Positions 1 through 12,125 of a DNA stretch of 64,000 nucleotides are shown here, piece by piece. Within the stretch, counting starts at the first letter, position 1; each line of letters begins with the position of its first letter. Below the pieces are notes generated by a model. The model saw only the letters and a program-made list of their open reading frames with translations. It had not been told where the DNA came from and did not search any database. Position numbers and translations under genes: made by a program. The stretch covers positions 3,660,616 to 3,724,615 of the forward strand of contig JAUPSS010000003.1 of assembly GCA_040285825.1 (NCBI GenBank), read 5' to 3'. The DNA comes from Eukaryota sp. TZLM1-RC. Taxonomy: Eukaryota > Protista > Metamonada: BaSk clade.

Positions 1-2757
1 TCCCACTAATTTAAAACATTTCTCTTCAGGATGTTTATTGGTTTTACATAAGTTACACCATTGCTCTGAAGGGATGGGTCGACTGCTTACTCTAGGGTTC
101 TTAAAAGGACCTTTTGACTGGCTTCGTCCTTTTTGCGCAGGAGCGTGAGCACCAAAAGCTGTTCTTATCAAATTCATGTCTTTGATCGAGGATTCAAGGC
201 TATTGACCTTGTTAACAAATGCGATACCTAAATCGTAGATCGCATCGTCCAGTTTCTCGTTGCTCGAATCAAACTTGCCAATCCAAATGATATATGTGTC
301 CATCAATTGATTGTTTGTTTTGTCGTTAATAGTTTCGAGAAATCTCTTTGCTGGGTAGACGACAGACGGATTACCATCCGTTCCAGGCATAATTGTAGAG
401 CGTCGAATTATATATATGATCTGCTCTATGAAGGCTGTCCATGAAGATTCAGCAGTCATTCTGCGACTGATCTTAGGTGGTCTTACAGACCTTAAAGCCT
501 TCTCAACATCGGTAGGGTATTTGTACTGGGTGCTGAGTAGCAAATATTCCCAGATTTCGGCGTCAGATGGGTTGTTGCCTAACACGTTTGTTCGGCCTCC
601 ATAAAAACTCTGCCATTCTGCGATGACCTTACCCTCGATCATAAATCTCAAATACAAAGGGTCCACTTCGAAGAACATAGATCTAACGAAGTCGTACTGA
701 TGAACAGGTTGACCGTATTTGGTGATCGGCGTAAATGCTCTGGTGGGTCCATCGCGATCCCTAACTGTTTTAGCCCAATTGCCAAAGTTAAGAACGAAGT
801 CGAAGATCTTTTTGGCGTCAACCGCTTCATTTAACTTAACTAGGCATCTGAGTTTGTCGTATATTCTTTTCCTCAATTTCTCCTCGTCTGTTACAGGAGT
901 TCTATAAAGACCGAGGGTGTCGACGAGAGAATCTCTAGGAGCATTCGTTCCTAGGGGTTGCGTGGGTATAGATGATTTTATAACAGATGCTTGTGTAGGA
1001 GTTGCTTCACAAGAAGCTCTCCTAGATGCCAGAGGCCCTACAGAAGGTGTACTAAATAGGTTCATATTCCTCTCTTCTGAAGGCAATGTTTCGCCCAACT
1101 TTATGATAAATCTTGTCTTAGGAGGTTCCTCCTGCACAGGTACAGTCTGGGCTGGTGGCCTTAAATCCACCCAATCTGGTGCATCTTTAGATCCTCTAGG
1201 GACCCCTGCTAGTTTATGATCATATGGAAGGCAACTGCTCTTTATTAAGACATTCTCAAAAACATTTTGGTCGGGCCAGCTATCAACCCATGCCTTAAGT
1301 TTAGCCATCCATGCATCAGGATATACTAATTTTAACTTGTTAGGGCCAACACGCTGCTCTTTCAATTCAATTACCCTAGTGCCTATTTCTCTAATGTAGG
1401 ACTCTTTGGTATGAAATTGAAGAGTGTCACCTCGAGATTCATCGAATCTGCCTCCAAGCATAATAAAAATGTCCGCAATGGAATCTTTTGGGTGTACGTT
1501 CTCCACTAGGAAATGGTTTACGACGCCTCTGAGGTTTCTACCTTGTTGATTATCAGGATACATTTTAGCTATCCAAAATAGTCTGTCGTAAGCTTCTTGA
1601 TTTCCACTGAAATATATTTTGTGGTCATCAATTGCATATCTATGCCATTTGGCAGGCCTGGGAGTAGCAGCTTGATACTTTGAACGAGGAGCGCTGAAAT
1701 AGCAATCCTCGACTGCACTCATCCCACACGAGACTGCCGAATCGGTAAGATCATCCAATCTCTTTAAAAGATTTGGACTTTGATCATAATTCTCGTAGAC
1801 GACGTCGTCAAGTGTTTTGCCGTGGTCTTCCCCAAAGAGGAAGGGCCAAAGTTTCGCTAAATAGTCACGTCGGACCTTCTCACATTCGGCTGGGTCTACG
1901 TCTCCCGCAAGACGTTCTGACTCATTCTCAGCCATTTTTAATAATTCGTCATCACTCCAATCCATTACATCTTCGGGAGGATTGGCGATGAGGGCCAATA
2001 AGAAATCTCTAGTTACAGCCTCAACTGCCTTTGCTAATTTCCTTCGGTAAAGACCCTGAGAAGTTCTTTCCGTAGATGGGAAACTAGGAGTTGGATTAGG
2101 AGGATTGGGTGTATGAGGTGGTTCATCATCGCTCTCATCCCCTCTCCTGCTGTAGTTCTGATTAAGAGATCCTTTGGAATCACTTTGAGGTTCCTCACTT
2201 GAGCTGATGTCAGAAGTAGGTGAGGAGGGAGTTTTACGTGAGGAGCTAGTCGTAGACTGTTGCTCGCCTTCGCCTCCTTCACCCTCTGTACAAGCGTCAG
2301 ATTTGTTACTTACAACAAACGCTTTGAATCTCCGTTGCTCGCTCGGGGTGAGAAAACTCTTCCTACAAGGAAGGAGCTCCGAGGAGTTATTGGGATATGT
2401 GTACAGTTCTGTCACATCCACAACGTGGTTACCTCTCTCCTTATTAGGGAGGTGACTTCCTTTCTGGGAGGAAGGGCTCTCCTCAGTGTGAAGTTCACTC
2501 TCCTTATTGGGGAGGTGGCTTTCTTTCTGAGAGGCAAGGCTCTTCTCAGCGGAAAGCTCACTCTCCTTAGGAGGATTACTCTTCCCGAAGGAAGGATTAC
2601 TCTCCGTAGGTGGAGGATTACTCACCGTGGGTGGTGGATTACTCACCGTGGGTGGTGGATTGTTCTCCTTCAAAGAAGGGACATTACTCTTCCTCAGAGA
2701 GGAAGGAGGGTTATCATTGTGGCTTTTCAGGCCATTAATTAATGATGCTTTATCCAT
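1..2757 (-). mobile_element. gag: Long Gag-like ORF (>919 aa, runs off the left edge) of an LTR retrotransposon
   Basis: Manual translation from ATG at 2757 is open to position 1 (absent from the ORF track because it has no stop in the window). Low-complexity S/P/E-rich N-terminus; ends in a CCHC zinc knuckle WCNLCKTNKHPEEKC at about 15-60. Confidence 0.75.
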
Positions 2758-2760
2758 ATA

Positions 2761-2877
2761 TGATAACAAAGAATAAGGGTAATTTATTAGAATTTCACCG
2801 GCCCTTATAAAGGCCATCACTAGTGAACTAAACTATATAAATACAAATGTACTAGACTAATTGTCCACAGTACAACA
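2761..2877 (-). repeat. Putative short 5' LTR (117 bp)
   Basis: TG...CA termini, lies directly upstream of the gag ATG, and shares AAAGGCCATCACTAGTGAA and TCCACAGTACAACA with 29469-29566. Confidence 0.6.
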
Positions 2878-3050
2878 GATAATTGTAATCCCAGTAACAA
2901 TGGTGAAAGAAAGCTGTTTAATAGAAGAAAGTTGGTATTTTGAATATGTTTGCGAATGCTGAAGCGAGGATGAGAGGTAATGAAAGGCTATTTTATTTGA
3001 GTAGAAGTTAGTTTTTGTAATTGTTCCGCACGAATATAGATCGTGTAAAT

Positions 3051-4838
3051 ATGGGGATTTTCCCCATAATGAGCACAACGCTTTCATCAGTCTTGTCTCT
3101 CTTTCCAAACGCTGTGCGTGGTGTCAAGCTGTCACTGGTTGATAAAGAGATTACCACAATTGATCTTGTTTCTTCTCAATATCATACACTCGAAGTACTC
3201 TTCCTATCCAACAACTACATCAACAACCTTACTTCACTCACTCAGTTCAGCTCTCTTCGCATATTATCGCTTGCCAATAATGAGATATCAAGCATCGAGC
3301 AATTACACCCCCTCAAGACATTGACCAAATTAACAGTGCTGAATCTTTCGTTTAACAAAGTTCAACAAACTGTGAATTACCGGGCTCAAGTCATTAATAT
3401 GCTTCCTTCATTGACTTATCTTGATTCTGCTGACGTGTCATCTGCTGACGTGTCAGTTGCCCAAAAATATGTATCCAGGGAAGAAACTTTGAAAAATACC
3501 ATTAAATCAAATCATTTACTACTTTGGAAGCTTTCCTTAGTCCAAAACCGATTTAATTTACATTCGAAATTAATATTATATAATGATAAATCAAATGAAC
3601 TTAATGTCAAAGTTTTGCTGGAGGAAACTTGCCTGACTTTCATTGACCAGATTCCGTATTCCATGGCGGATTATAACCTTTTTAATCATTTTAGGTCAAA
3701 TTTCAAAGGAAAACCAAAGACTTTCACATCACTTTGTTCAAGGTGGCTATCATGTTTGTCATCAGTAATCAGCCAGCAAACCAGTAAAATTTCCAATGAA
3801 TTAACCAATCTCTCCGACACTTACCTTTCCATTGTAAATTCTACAGTTTCTGAAGATGTGAGTATTACGAAAATTTCATCTGATACGTGTTATTCGTCAC
3901 TGATTCCATTATCACGTCATCAGCATCAATTTTTGAATTCCTTTTTGACCTCAATTTTGAATGAAGAAAATCCTTTTGAACTTGAACAACTTTTATCTCG
4001 TTTATATTCAGAATTTACTCACAAAAAAGAATTAACTATACTTTACTTTGGTTTTGTCAAATTAAAAACAATGTTGTCTTGGTTGAAATCCTTGAAACTT
4101 TACAGTTATAATTTAAATTTGAAACAGAATTGCACTATTTTGAGTAAGTTTTTCTCGTTCTGGTACTCATCATCTAAGGACATCACTTATCAGAAAAGAT
4201 TAATGCATTTAGTAAACCAACTGAAAAAGAAAATCAACTTTCACAGAATTTACTCTTATTACAATTCAACTAGAGTTTTCACCACTCTTTGTGAGGGTTT
4301 GTTGAAGGAATTTAGTGTGGGTAAACAACAAAATCTTTTAAAAGAATCATTTATTATATGGAAAAACATTTTAATTTCAAATAGTTATTTCAAAGTCAGA
4401 TTACTAAGATTGTTCTTCAATAAGTGTAAGTCTTCTCTTAATATACTGAAAAGTACCTTTACTCAACAACAATTACAATTTAGAAAACAGCAAATACTTT
4501 GCAATTATTACCAAAATTGGTACTTATCTCACCAAATGATTAAGTTCTATAGGCAATTAGAAGTCAAAAGAATTCTTGATTTTTTTGAACTTTGGAGAAC
4601 AAATTGGGCGCAATCTTGTTTAGATTCCGCCAATCTGATGGATATTTTTCAATCAAAATACCAATCAAATTTTACACCTGCTGTTAGTGTTTCGAGTAGT
4701 TATTCTGATTTCTATCAACCCGAATTTAAATTAAACAAGGCTGTTTATCATGATGATTCACCTTTTGAACAATCTAATTCTTCTACTTCTATTGAAATTG
4801 ATCGGTTGGAAGCTCGAATACTGGCCCGATTGAGTTAA
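3051..4838 (+). CDS. Leucine-rich repeat protein with C-terminal Sfi1-like repeats (likely centrosome/basal body)
   Basis: SDS22-type LRRs (LFLSNNYI, LSLANNEI, LNLSFNKV) plus LRR cap NYRAQVINMLPSLTYLD; C-terminal FxxW repeats. First ATG at 3051 (alternative 3069). Confidence 0.75.
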   Translation: MGIFPIMSTTLSSVLSLFPNAVRGVKLSLVDKEITTIDLVSSQYHTLEVLFLSNNYINNLTSLTQFSSLRILSLANNEISSIEQLHPLKTLTKLTVLNLSFNKVQQTVNYRAQVINMLPSLTYLDSADVSSADVSVAQKYVSREETLKNTIKSNHLLLWKLSLVQNRFNLHSKLILYNDKSNELNVKVLLEETCLTFIDQIPYSMADYNLFNHFRSNFKGKPKTFTSLCSRWLSCLSSVISQQTSKISNELTNLSDTYLSIVNSTVSEDVSITKISSDTCYSSLIPLSRHQHQFLNSFLTSILNEENPFELEQLLSRLYSEFTHKKELTILYFGFVKLKTMLSWLKSLKLYSYNLNLKQNCTILSKFFSFWYSSSKDITYQKRLMHLVNQLKKKINFHRIYSYYNSTRVFTTLCEGLLKEFSVGKQQNLLKESFIIWKNILISNSYFKVRLLRLFFNKCKSSLNILKSTFTQQQLQFRKQQILCNYYQNWYLSHQMIKFYRQLEVKRILDFFELWRTNWAQSCLDSANLMDIFQSKYQSNFTPAVSVSSSYSDFYQPEFKLNKAVYHDDSPFEQSNSSTSIEIDRLEARILARLS

Positions 4839-4924
4839 TCAATCAATGAACGTGATTGTTCAATTGATTGGAAATTGATTGGAAATTATGTTGTATATTA
4901 CTTATTTCATCAAATTAACTAAGT

Positions 4925-6010
4925 TTATTCATTTATGAAAGCACTTTTTTTAGGCAACCTTTCCAAATAAGTTTTTCCTTTACTTAATAAACTTAAATTT
5001 AAAAACTTTGCACCACTTTTTAAATTTCGAACTAAAAAAGGCAGCCTTTTCCTATTAGGAAAATCACCTACTTCTACCAAAGTCTGCCTCAAACTATCTT
5101 CCAACCGGGAAATAAAACTTAAAGGTTCAGGTAATAAGTCTAAATAAATTTGCGTATTATCTTTCTTTTTTGCAACACTACCAAGACAACCAAGACTACC
5201 ACAAAAACACTGAAAGTAATCCATAAAATGAGAAGAAGAAAACTTGTAATTAAAACAAAGTTCTTCTCCGGCAGAGATATCTTTTTCAGCAAAGATCCCG
5301 ACTCTCTGTTCATTATCCACAGTCCAAACCTCTACTCTGCAATTAGGGTTACAAGAATGATTTATAAATCTCGATTGCGAACCATAAACCCTAGCATCAA
5401 TAACTAGCCCATTGCCAAGATAAAGAAAGTAGACAGGAGCAGATTGTCTTATTAATTTTGCAAGTCTTCTTTGGGCGGAATCGATAGTAATGACCTCGCC
5501 TACGTACTCCGTGATGAACTGATTCTGTTTAATGTTACTAGTACACTTCAAGCCCCAGCCCTTACCTTTAGTTTCAAACACCTTGAATTTCAAAGTTCTG
5601 GGCAGTTGGAATCTCAAGTTGGTACACTTCACACCACACGGACAGACTCCTGGAGAACATTCAATCATGGCAATCCTGTTTAAGCACCCTTCTCCACAAA
5701 GGGAAGATGGAGAGCATTCACAAGGAAAGGGGGTAGGTGATCTAGGCTTAGGGACATTAATATATTGATTACATCTAATGCGATGGTATTTCGGGAGAGA
5801 TCCGGAATGTTGTGATAGAGTTTTTTTGGGAAAGTATAGCACACGTTTGTTTGAAGCATTCTCGTATGTGGAAGAATAAAGTGCAGATGATACTTCAGAT
5901 TCAGTTTCATAAGACGAAACGCATATTGTTATATCATAACAGGACTCGGTGGCTGTGTCGTATTCGATTATCTCTTCATGGATTATATCATTATGAGTTC
6001 CAGTGTCCAT
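4925..6010 (-). CDS. AWS-SET-postSET histone lysine methyltransferase (Set2/ASH1-like)
   Basis: Cys-rich AWS (CGEGCLNR, ECSPGVCPCGVKCTN), KGWGL, EYVGEVI, RFINHSCNPN, ELCFNY, post-SET CFCGSLGC. Confidence 0.9.
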   Translation of the reverse strand: MDTGTHNDIIHEEIIEYDTATESCYDITICVSSYETESEVSSALYSSTYENASNKRVLYFPKKTLSQHSGSLPKYHRIRCNQYINVPKPRSPTPFPCECSPSSLCGEGCLNRIAMIECSPGVCPCGVKCTNLRFQLPRTLKFKVFETKGKGWGLKCTSNIKQNQFITEYVGEVITIDSAQRRLAKLIRQSAPVYFLYLGNGLVIDARVYGSQSRFINHSCNPNCRVEVWTVDNEQRVGIFAEKDISAGEELCFNYKFSSSHFMDYFQCFCGSLGCLGSVAKKKDNTQIYLDLLPEPLSFISRLEDSLRQTLVEVGDFPNRKRLPFLVRNLKSGAKFLNLSLLSKGKTYLERLPKKSAFINE

Positions 6011-6051
6011 TATTACAGATATTGTCTATAACAATGAAATAAGTGTCCTTT

Positions 6052-7900
6052 TTACACCAATGTAGAGAAACTGAGTTTTTGAGAAGTGGAAGATTTTCTC
6101 CTTGATACCATTTTCTTTGAACATGTAACAACCTTGGCTCTCTGTAGGTATACTGGTCTATCTCCACCTTTTACATGTGCTTCCATCACTGCCAATATAT
6201 TCAGTGAAGCATTTCGATCTCTATTCTACAAACTTTTGCACTATTTACACTTGGTAAGCTTGTGACGAGTAGACATCTCTTGCCTCTTCCATGGCCCTGG
6301 ATTTCTGCACCATCGGAATGTTTCAACTGTTTTCTCCGCTTTCTTACAATTGAAACAACAGCAACGGGTTCGAAACTCGTCAATTAGAGACCTTATCACC
6401 AGTCTTTTTAAATAAAATCCTCAAACCTTTCCCTTTAGTTGGTTCTTTGAATTTCATGTGTTTTCGTTGTTCCCGTCATTTTAGTTTCCTGAATGTTCTC
6501 TGGTCATAGACCCCACCAACGATACTATTTATATAATTATTTTGTTTTGTAAACTCCATAAATATATCAAACCTGCAGCTCTGGAATTGAATTGAGGTAA
6601 AGTGGCTTCCCATTCTGCTACAGATTTAGTTTTTTGATTAATGTTACCCAAGTTTAATGAGTAATCAATTTCATGGGGAATACTGATTTCTTGAGGTACT
6701 TCACTCTTAATAAACTAATTGTTCTTTCAGTCATTTGATTAATTATACTGCTGTTTAAATACATCCTTTCTTGTTGCTCTTCTCATAATTCGTAATTGGA
6801 CGGATCAATTACTCTGCCGGTAGAGTTACTTATTGTGATAAGAGTGTCATTCCGTTTGCTCTCTCTTATTCTTTTGAATTTGGTGTTTTTGGTCAAATCT
6901 TCATTGATTTTGAGTGTACCTGAAATGAACATATTTATCTCTTTCAGGTTTCCTTGAAGGAGTCATTCAGGTAGCTAAATTGGCAGAAAAATAGAGTAGA
7001 TCAAATTTACCTGGATCAGCAGCAGCCAGGGTCATATCTTGATATTGAGAAGAATTAATTCTGGGGTCATCAATATATTTCTTTTTCTTTAAATTCTTTT
7101 GCAGTTACTTTGTATTTTTTCAATTCTAGATTGTATGAATGATACTGCTACTCCATCAGTCTTGATTCTAGACATGATGTACTTTGAATTTTCTGAATAA
7201 AGTTTAGTGTTTTTGATCTTGTCCATTTTCAAAATGGTGTCCTATAAAACCAAATCAGCAGCTTGATTATTGCATTGGCAGGACGGCTTTTGACCAAGAA
7301 TGTTCGGCAAAGAACAAGTCCAGCAACTTGTCCTGTCAATTCTGGTATAAAATGTTATACAAGATTGTTCCAACGTCAGAGCATGAAAGAGCTTATTCTC
7401 CCTATTTCCTGAAAAATTATCACTATAAAACATGTCAATTTCAAATACAAATTTTATTTTGACAAAAAATCAATCTTTGAAGACTCTTGCCTTTTTGAAA
7501 TAATGGGAAGTAAATAAGGGCGATGGCCATTAATCAAAAGCAAACTAATTGATGAAACTCTTTTTTTAGTGTAGATGTCTCACTATTAATATCATTCATC
7601 CTTCTAGAAGGAAAAATTTAGCCATACTGATATATGATGAAAAGTTCTTCTTACCTTGCTTTTTCAGGACATTGTTGTTTTTATTAACATTATTGAAAAC
7701 ATCAACGAACCGATCCAAGAAATTAGAATAAAGCTCTTGGATGTTATTTTGGAAATTCACAATCAATTTTTCAATTGTGTAATACAAAATATTATTGATT
7801 CCTTTTTTAGAGAACAGTTTTGGAACAAGTCTGTTTTTGAAATGTTTGTGATAGAATCCCAAGAATGTTGCACAACGAGGATTTTCTAAAGCTGTTTTTG
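6052..7900 (-). pseudogene. Degenerate Fanzor1/TnpB-like nuclease (frameshifts, stops)
   Basis: Minus-strand pieces in expected order: NNILYY...NNIQELY...FLDRFV, IKTDGVAVS, RuvC-I AADPGKFDLLY, EQRKHMKFKEPTKGKGLR, DEFRT..CCFNC, CRNP.PWK, NRDRNASLNIL...RPVYLQR. Confidence 0.8.
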
Positions 7901-8264
7901 TTTTTAGACTAAGGGAACTTTCCTTCTCACTTTGAGTTGTGATAATTAGAAAAGCGTCAATAAATAATTGCCTTTCAATTTTTGGTAAAAAATCATTATG
8001 GTAGCTTATTATTTACTAAACTTCCACACTTTTCAAAAAATTTTAGAAACTTTTTTTAATTTGCGTGGTTCATAATAGTTTGTGTAGATACTAAAGTCTC
8101 AACAACAAATCGACCAGTAATGAAAGGGTTACAGTGTTTGTGATTTAATACTATCAAATTTGAATTATAATATTGAATCCATTCACTAGCATGGATTTTA
8201 CCCTTAGAAAAGTCCTCAATTTGAGATAATTTGTGGATTAACAAAGTTGACAATATTCGAACTT

Positions 8265-8535
8265 TTATTAAACCTACACACTTCACAAAATAAAATCATA
8301 ACTAACGGGACGAAATTCATTGAACCAAGATTTCCTCTACAAAATCTTGATCTGCTTGCTGTCTAGGTAAAGGTTCTCTAATTCGATTGAAAAACCGAAG
8401 CAATCTATTAATAATGGCAAATTGAATTCGAGAGCGCCATTAAAAGATATCAAATCTTTTCATTGTTTTTTCTTGCGCAATTTTTTTGGAAATCATTCAA
8501 AATAGTTCCTGCTTCTACTGATGATCCTACGTTTA
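8265..8535 (-). mobile_element. 3' end of RLE non-LTR retrotransposon (family B)
   Basis: Homologous to 38700-38950 (RSRIQFAII...DFVEE.LVQ*) with the shared tail CAATGAATTTCGTCCC.TTAGTTATGA. Confidence 0.8.
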
Positions 8536-8589
8536 TAGAAAATAAAAATAATTAAGGTTTAAACCAAAAAGCAAATAACAACCACCAAA

Positions 8590-8689
8590 TTACTACCTCA
8601 TTGATCACGTCAATCATTTTCGGATCTCTGATGACATTTTTAAGGCTGTCCTTATAACCATCATAAGGTTTATGTTTAACAGTTTCCAT
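8590..8689 (-). pseudogene. Probable displaced N-terminus of the Fanzor at 6052-7900
   Basis: METVKHKPYDGYKDSLKNVIRDPKMIDVINEVVI resembles Fanzor1 N-termini; same strand, separated by a retro insertion. Confidence 0.45.
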
Positions 8690-8719
8690 GCTGTTGGTTT
8701 GACAATTTGGATAAAGGTT

Positions 8720-9400
8720 TATTGTATTATTTGATGTTGAAATTTTCAGCATTTGAAAGAGGATTATGAATTTCAGAATTAGCAAGCATTTCATTTGAGG
8801 CATTACCAGAATCAACAAACATTACATACAATAAAATGAAGGTTCCATCTATTCCATGTAATATGACATCACCTCTATTATTCTTATGAAAATCATCTTC
8901 AGTATCAAACAGATTTTGACAACAGAGGTTCCAAAAAGGATTCAATTCTATGCGACTTACACAAACAATATAATTATTCTCTTACAGCATCGTGAACCTT
9001 GCTTCTAAAAGTAATAAAATGTTTACAATTTAACAAATGAGTAATTGTAATTTTTCGAGAACATTTACAAATTGAATTACGAGGTAAATAATCAGGCCAG
9101 ATAAAGGAACGAAATCTCATATTCAAAGTGTAAGTAGAATCAATCAAGGGAGTGCCATAAACTTGAGGAATTGTTGTTCCTAAGGCAGAAGAAGTACTAT
9201 CACACATTTCTTGTAAAAGATTTGCAAAGGCGGACTTCTTTTTCTTGGCCAAGTCTAACATCAAAATCCAAGCTTTTAAAAATCTTTGACAATCCTTGTT
9301 GAAGCTTTTACAGCAAAACTGCAAATTAAAAAAATAAAGAATGCTTTTCCAGTGAAAACCACAACAGAGATTATCAATTATTTCATTCCACACATTCCAT
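8720..9400 (-). mobile_element. RLE non-LTR retrotransposon C-terminal fragment (family A-like)
   Basis: MRFRSFIWP, CKC...HLLNC...RSKVHDAVR zinc finger, NRGDV...D RLE motif; homologous to 33690-34050. Confidence 0.8.
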
Positions 9401-9447
9401 TAATCTTTACGGGTTTCTTTTGTCTTATACCTTTCTCCTGGTAACTT

Positions 9448-10751
9448 ATGTCAGAACTCAACGTTGGTATTTTGGCCCATGAAATCTACTTTCCAAACTT
9501 ATTTGTTTCCCAGACAGACCTGGGTATGTTCATCTGCTTTATTTTCTTACATTAGAACAATACCACAACATTTCTCCAGGTAAACTGACAAAGGGCTTGG
9601 GTCAACTTGAAATGGGTTTTACTGGAGATAGGGAAGACGTCAACTCTATTTCTCTTTCAGTAGTCTCTAAGCTCTTGTCCACTCATTCTATTTCTCCATC
9701 CCAAATAGGACGTATCTCTGTTGGAACCGAGTCCACCGTGGACAAGTCAAAGAGTGTAAAGTCGGTCCTCATGAGGCTCTTTAAGGACAGCAACACTGAC
9801 ATTGAGGGCTGTGATGTTACAAATGCTTGCTATGGAGCTACTCAGGCTCTTTTCGATTCTATTGCTTGGGTGGAATCTTCTTCCTATGATGGAAGGTACG
9901 CTCTGGTCGTCGCTGCTGACATTGCGGTGTATGAGGAAGGACCAGCCCGACCAACGGGGGGAGCAGGTGCTGTTGCTTTGCTTATTGGAAGAAATGCCCC
10001 GTTAGTTTTTAGTACTGTCAGAGCTAGTTATTCCTTTGATGCACACGATTTTTACAAACCTATTTTGGGTTCCGAATATCCACTAGTCAATGGTCAGTCG
10101 AGCATCAACAGTTACTTGACCGCTGTTACGGAATGTTATAGCAATTACAAGACCAAATTTTCTCGTTTATATGGAAAAGAGCTCAATTACAATTGTTTTA
10201 GTCATTTGTTATTTCATGCACCATTTCATAAGATGGTCTTTAAGGCATTCTCACAACTCTATTCAGAAGATTTTGATGACGTGGCAGGTCAAAATGATGA
10301 TGGAATTCCTGTACTGTTTGAGCGAAAGGTCGAACCTGGCCAATTGTTGTGCAAACGGGTTGGCAATATGTACTGTGCTTCTCTTTATGGCTCGTTAATC
10401 TCCTTGATGAGTAATGACAATGTGAATTTTTCAAAAGGAGATCAAATTCTCCTGTTTTCTTACGGCTCTGGGCTCTGTTCAACTGTGTTTTCTCTCTTCG
10501 TTGCAGATGATTCTCGTTTGGATCGTTTGAGCTTGAATTTGAATGAACGGTTGAGTCAACGTTTGGCTAAAACTCCTCAAGAATTTCAAGAACTTTTATC
10601 ATTTCGGGAAAATCTATTGCAAGAATTAGAAAATTCAAAAGATTTTAAAGGTTTTAAACCGAGCCAATCAATCGATGACGTGTTATGTGGAAGTTATTAC
10701 CTGGATTTCATAGATGAATATAGAATTCGTCATTATTCTTTTAAGGAGTAA
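9448..10751 (+). CDS. HMGS: Hydroxymethylglutaryl-CoA synthase, 2 exons (9448-9523, 9556-10751), 423 aa
   Basis: Spliced N-terminus MSELNVGILAHEIYFP...GKLTKGLGQ; VGTES, NACYG (catalytic Cys), ARPTGGAGA, FHAPF, GNMYCAS, FSYGSG. Confidence 0.95.
9524..9555 (+). other. 32-nt GT-AG intron
   Basis: GTATGT...TTCTTACATTAG; removal restores the frame and the conserved HMGS N-terminus. Confidence 0.9.
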
Positions 10752-11483
10752 ATTTTTGTTTTGTGCTTCTTTGCTGTGAATAGGTATTAAATCCGTGTCT
10801 TTTTATTTGTTTTTTTATTTTTGTTCCAGTTGCATCTGTCAATTCAACATCAGTAAAATATAAATCAATGTTCAAACAATTTCTATTCGTCCTTTAAATG
10901 TACCGACTTTTCATATGATGACATGTCTTCTAGAAAGTCTTGCACTGATTTCCACGTCATTTAACTTGTACCATACATACAGGTCATTTACCATCATAAT
11001 TGACCTACTGTACGAATATGGATTAGAGCTGATCGTTAGACGTTCTCAGTGAGTTGTATCGAAAAATGTGGTTGAAAGACAAAATGAATTATTTAAACTC
11101 ATACTGTGATTTTTACTTATCATGCATTCCCCTGTAAAATTCACTCCTGTTTTCAACTTTCTCAATGTCTACTCACAGGCTGTAAGAGACATGTAGCATC
11201 ATTTGACAAAGACAATCATGATCTTCATCAATGGGCTACATCACTTGAATATACCTACTGCTTTCACAGAACAAAGCCTCGTGACAAGATGTATCTAAGT
11301 GGATCTACCAAATGCTACTAAGACATTTATAGATCGGTCTCAAAAGTTTTTCAAAGAAATTAAAAAAACTAAAAAACTCAAAATAAAATATCAGTTTTTC
11401 CAAAGTTTCTGTTTTTGTATGCTCAGGTTCCTCATTCATCTCCTCACCAGAGCTTCTGAGCAAATGTATCTTTCCGGCCACAA

Positions 11484-12125
11484 TTACGCTTTCTTCTTAA
11501 TTTGAATATTTTTTGCAGCGGAAATATCTCTGTCATATACTATTTGACACTCAGTACAAATACGCATCTGCCATGAGCCTGCTTGAATATTCTCGGCCAT
11601 ACAACAACTGGACAGTTTGCTTGTATTAAGTTCACTGGTTGACAAGTGCTTCACGTCCTTTTGATAACACAACCATTTTCTGAAAGCCCTTGCTGATCCA
11701 TATCGATTGACTTTTCGGCAATGAAAAGGGAAATTAGCAGAACCCACAGCCAGGTAGAGTTTTTCAGGATGTCCAGTCATCCTTTGAAATTTGTTGAGAC
11801 TCTTCCAGAACCGTCTCTCTTTTCGTCTGCGGTTATCAAATTTAATTATTTTCCATTTCTGGCGATTACTTTCCAAGTACACTTTCCTCCTGACCAAATT
11901 CCAATGGTTCAAATATTGGTTGAAATTTTGAACGGAATATTGGTTGGGAAAGGGTTTACTAGGTGAAGGTGTTGTCATGTATCTCCTGCCAGTTGGACAA
12001 GGGATAACTTCACATTGATTATCAGTTATGAAGTAACCACATAATCTTGATTGTCCCAGATCAACGCCGATAAGGGGTCTTTCAGCAATTATTTGGACTG
12101 GATTACTACGTCTTTGACGCGGCAT
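11484..12125 (-). CDS. Fanzor/TnpB-like RuvC + zinc-finger region (213 aa open segment)
   Basis: RuvC-I IGVDLG, RuvC-II SELNTSK, Zn finger SCC...CTEC, RuvC-III YDRDISAAKNI; D-E-D triad intact. Confidence 0.85.
   Translation of the reverse strand: MPRQRRSNPVQIIAERPLIGVDLGQSRLCGYFITDNQCEVIPCPTGRRYMTTPSPSKPFPNQYSVQNFNQYLNHWNLVRRKVYLESNRQKWKIIKFDNRRRKERRFWKSLNKFQRMTGHPEKLYLAVGSANFPFHCRKVNRYGSARAFRKWLCYQKDVKHLSTSELNTSKLSSCCMAENIQAGSWQMRICTECQIVYDRDISAAKNIQIKKKA

Noticed and set aside
416-2742. Several short plus-strand ORFs
   Set aside because: Antisense shadows of the long minus-strand gag ORF.
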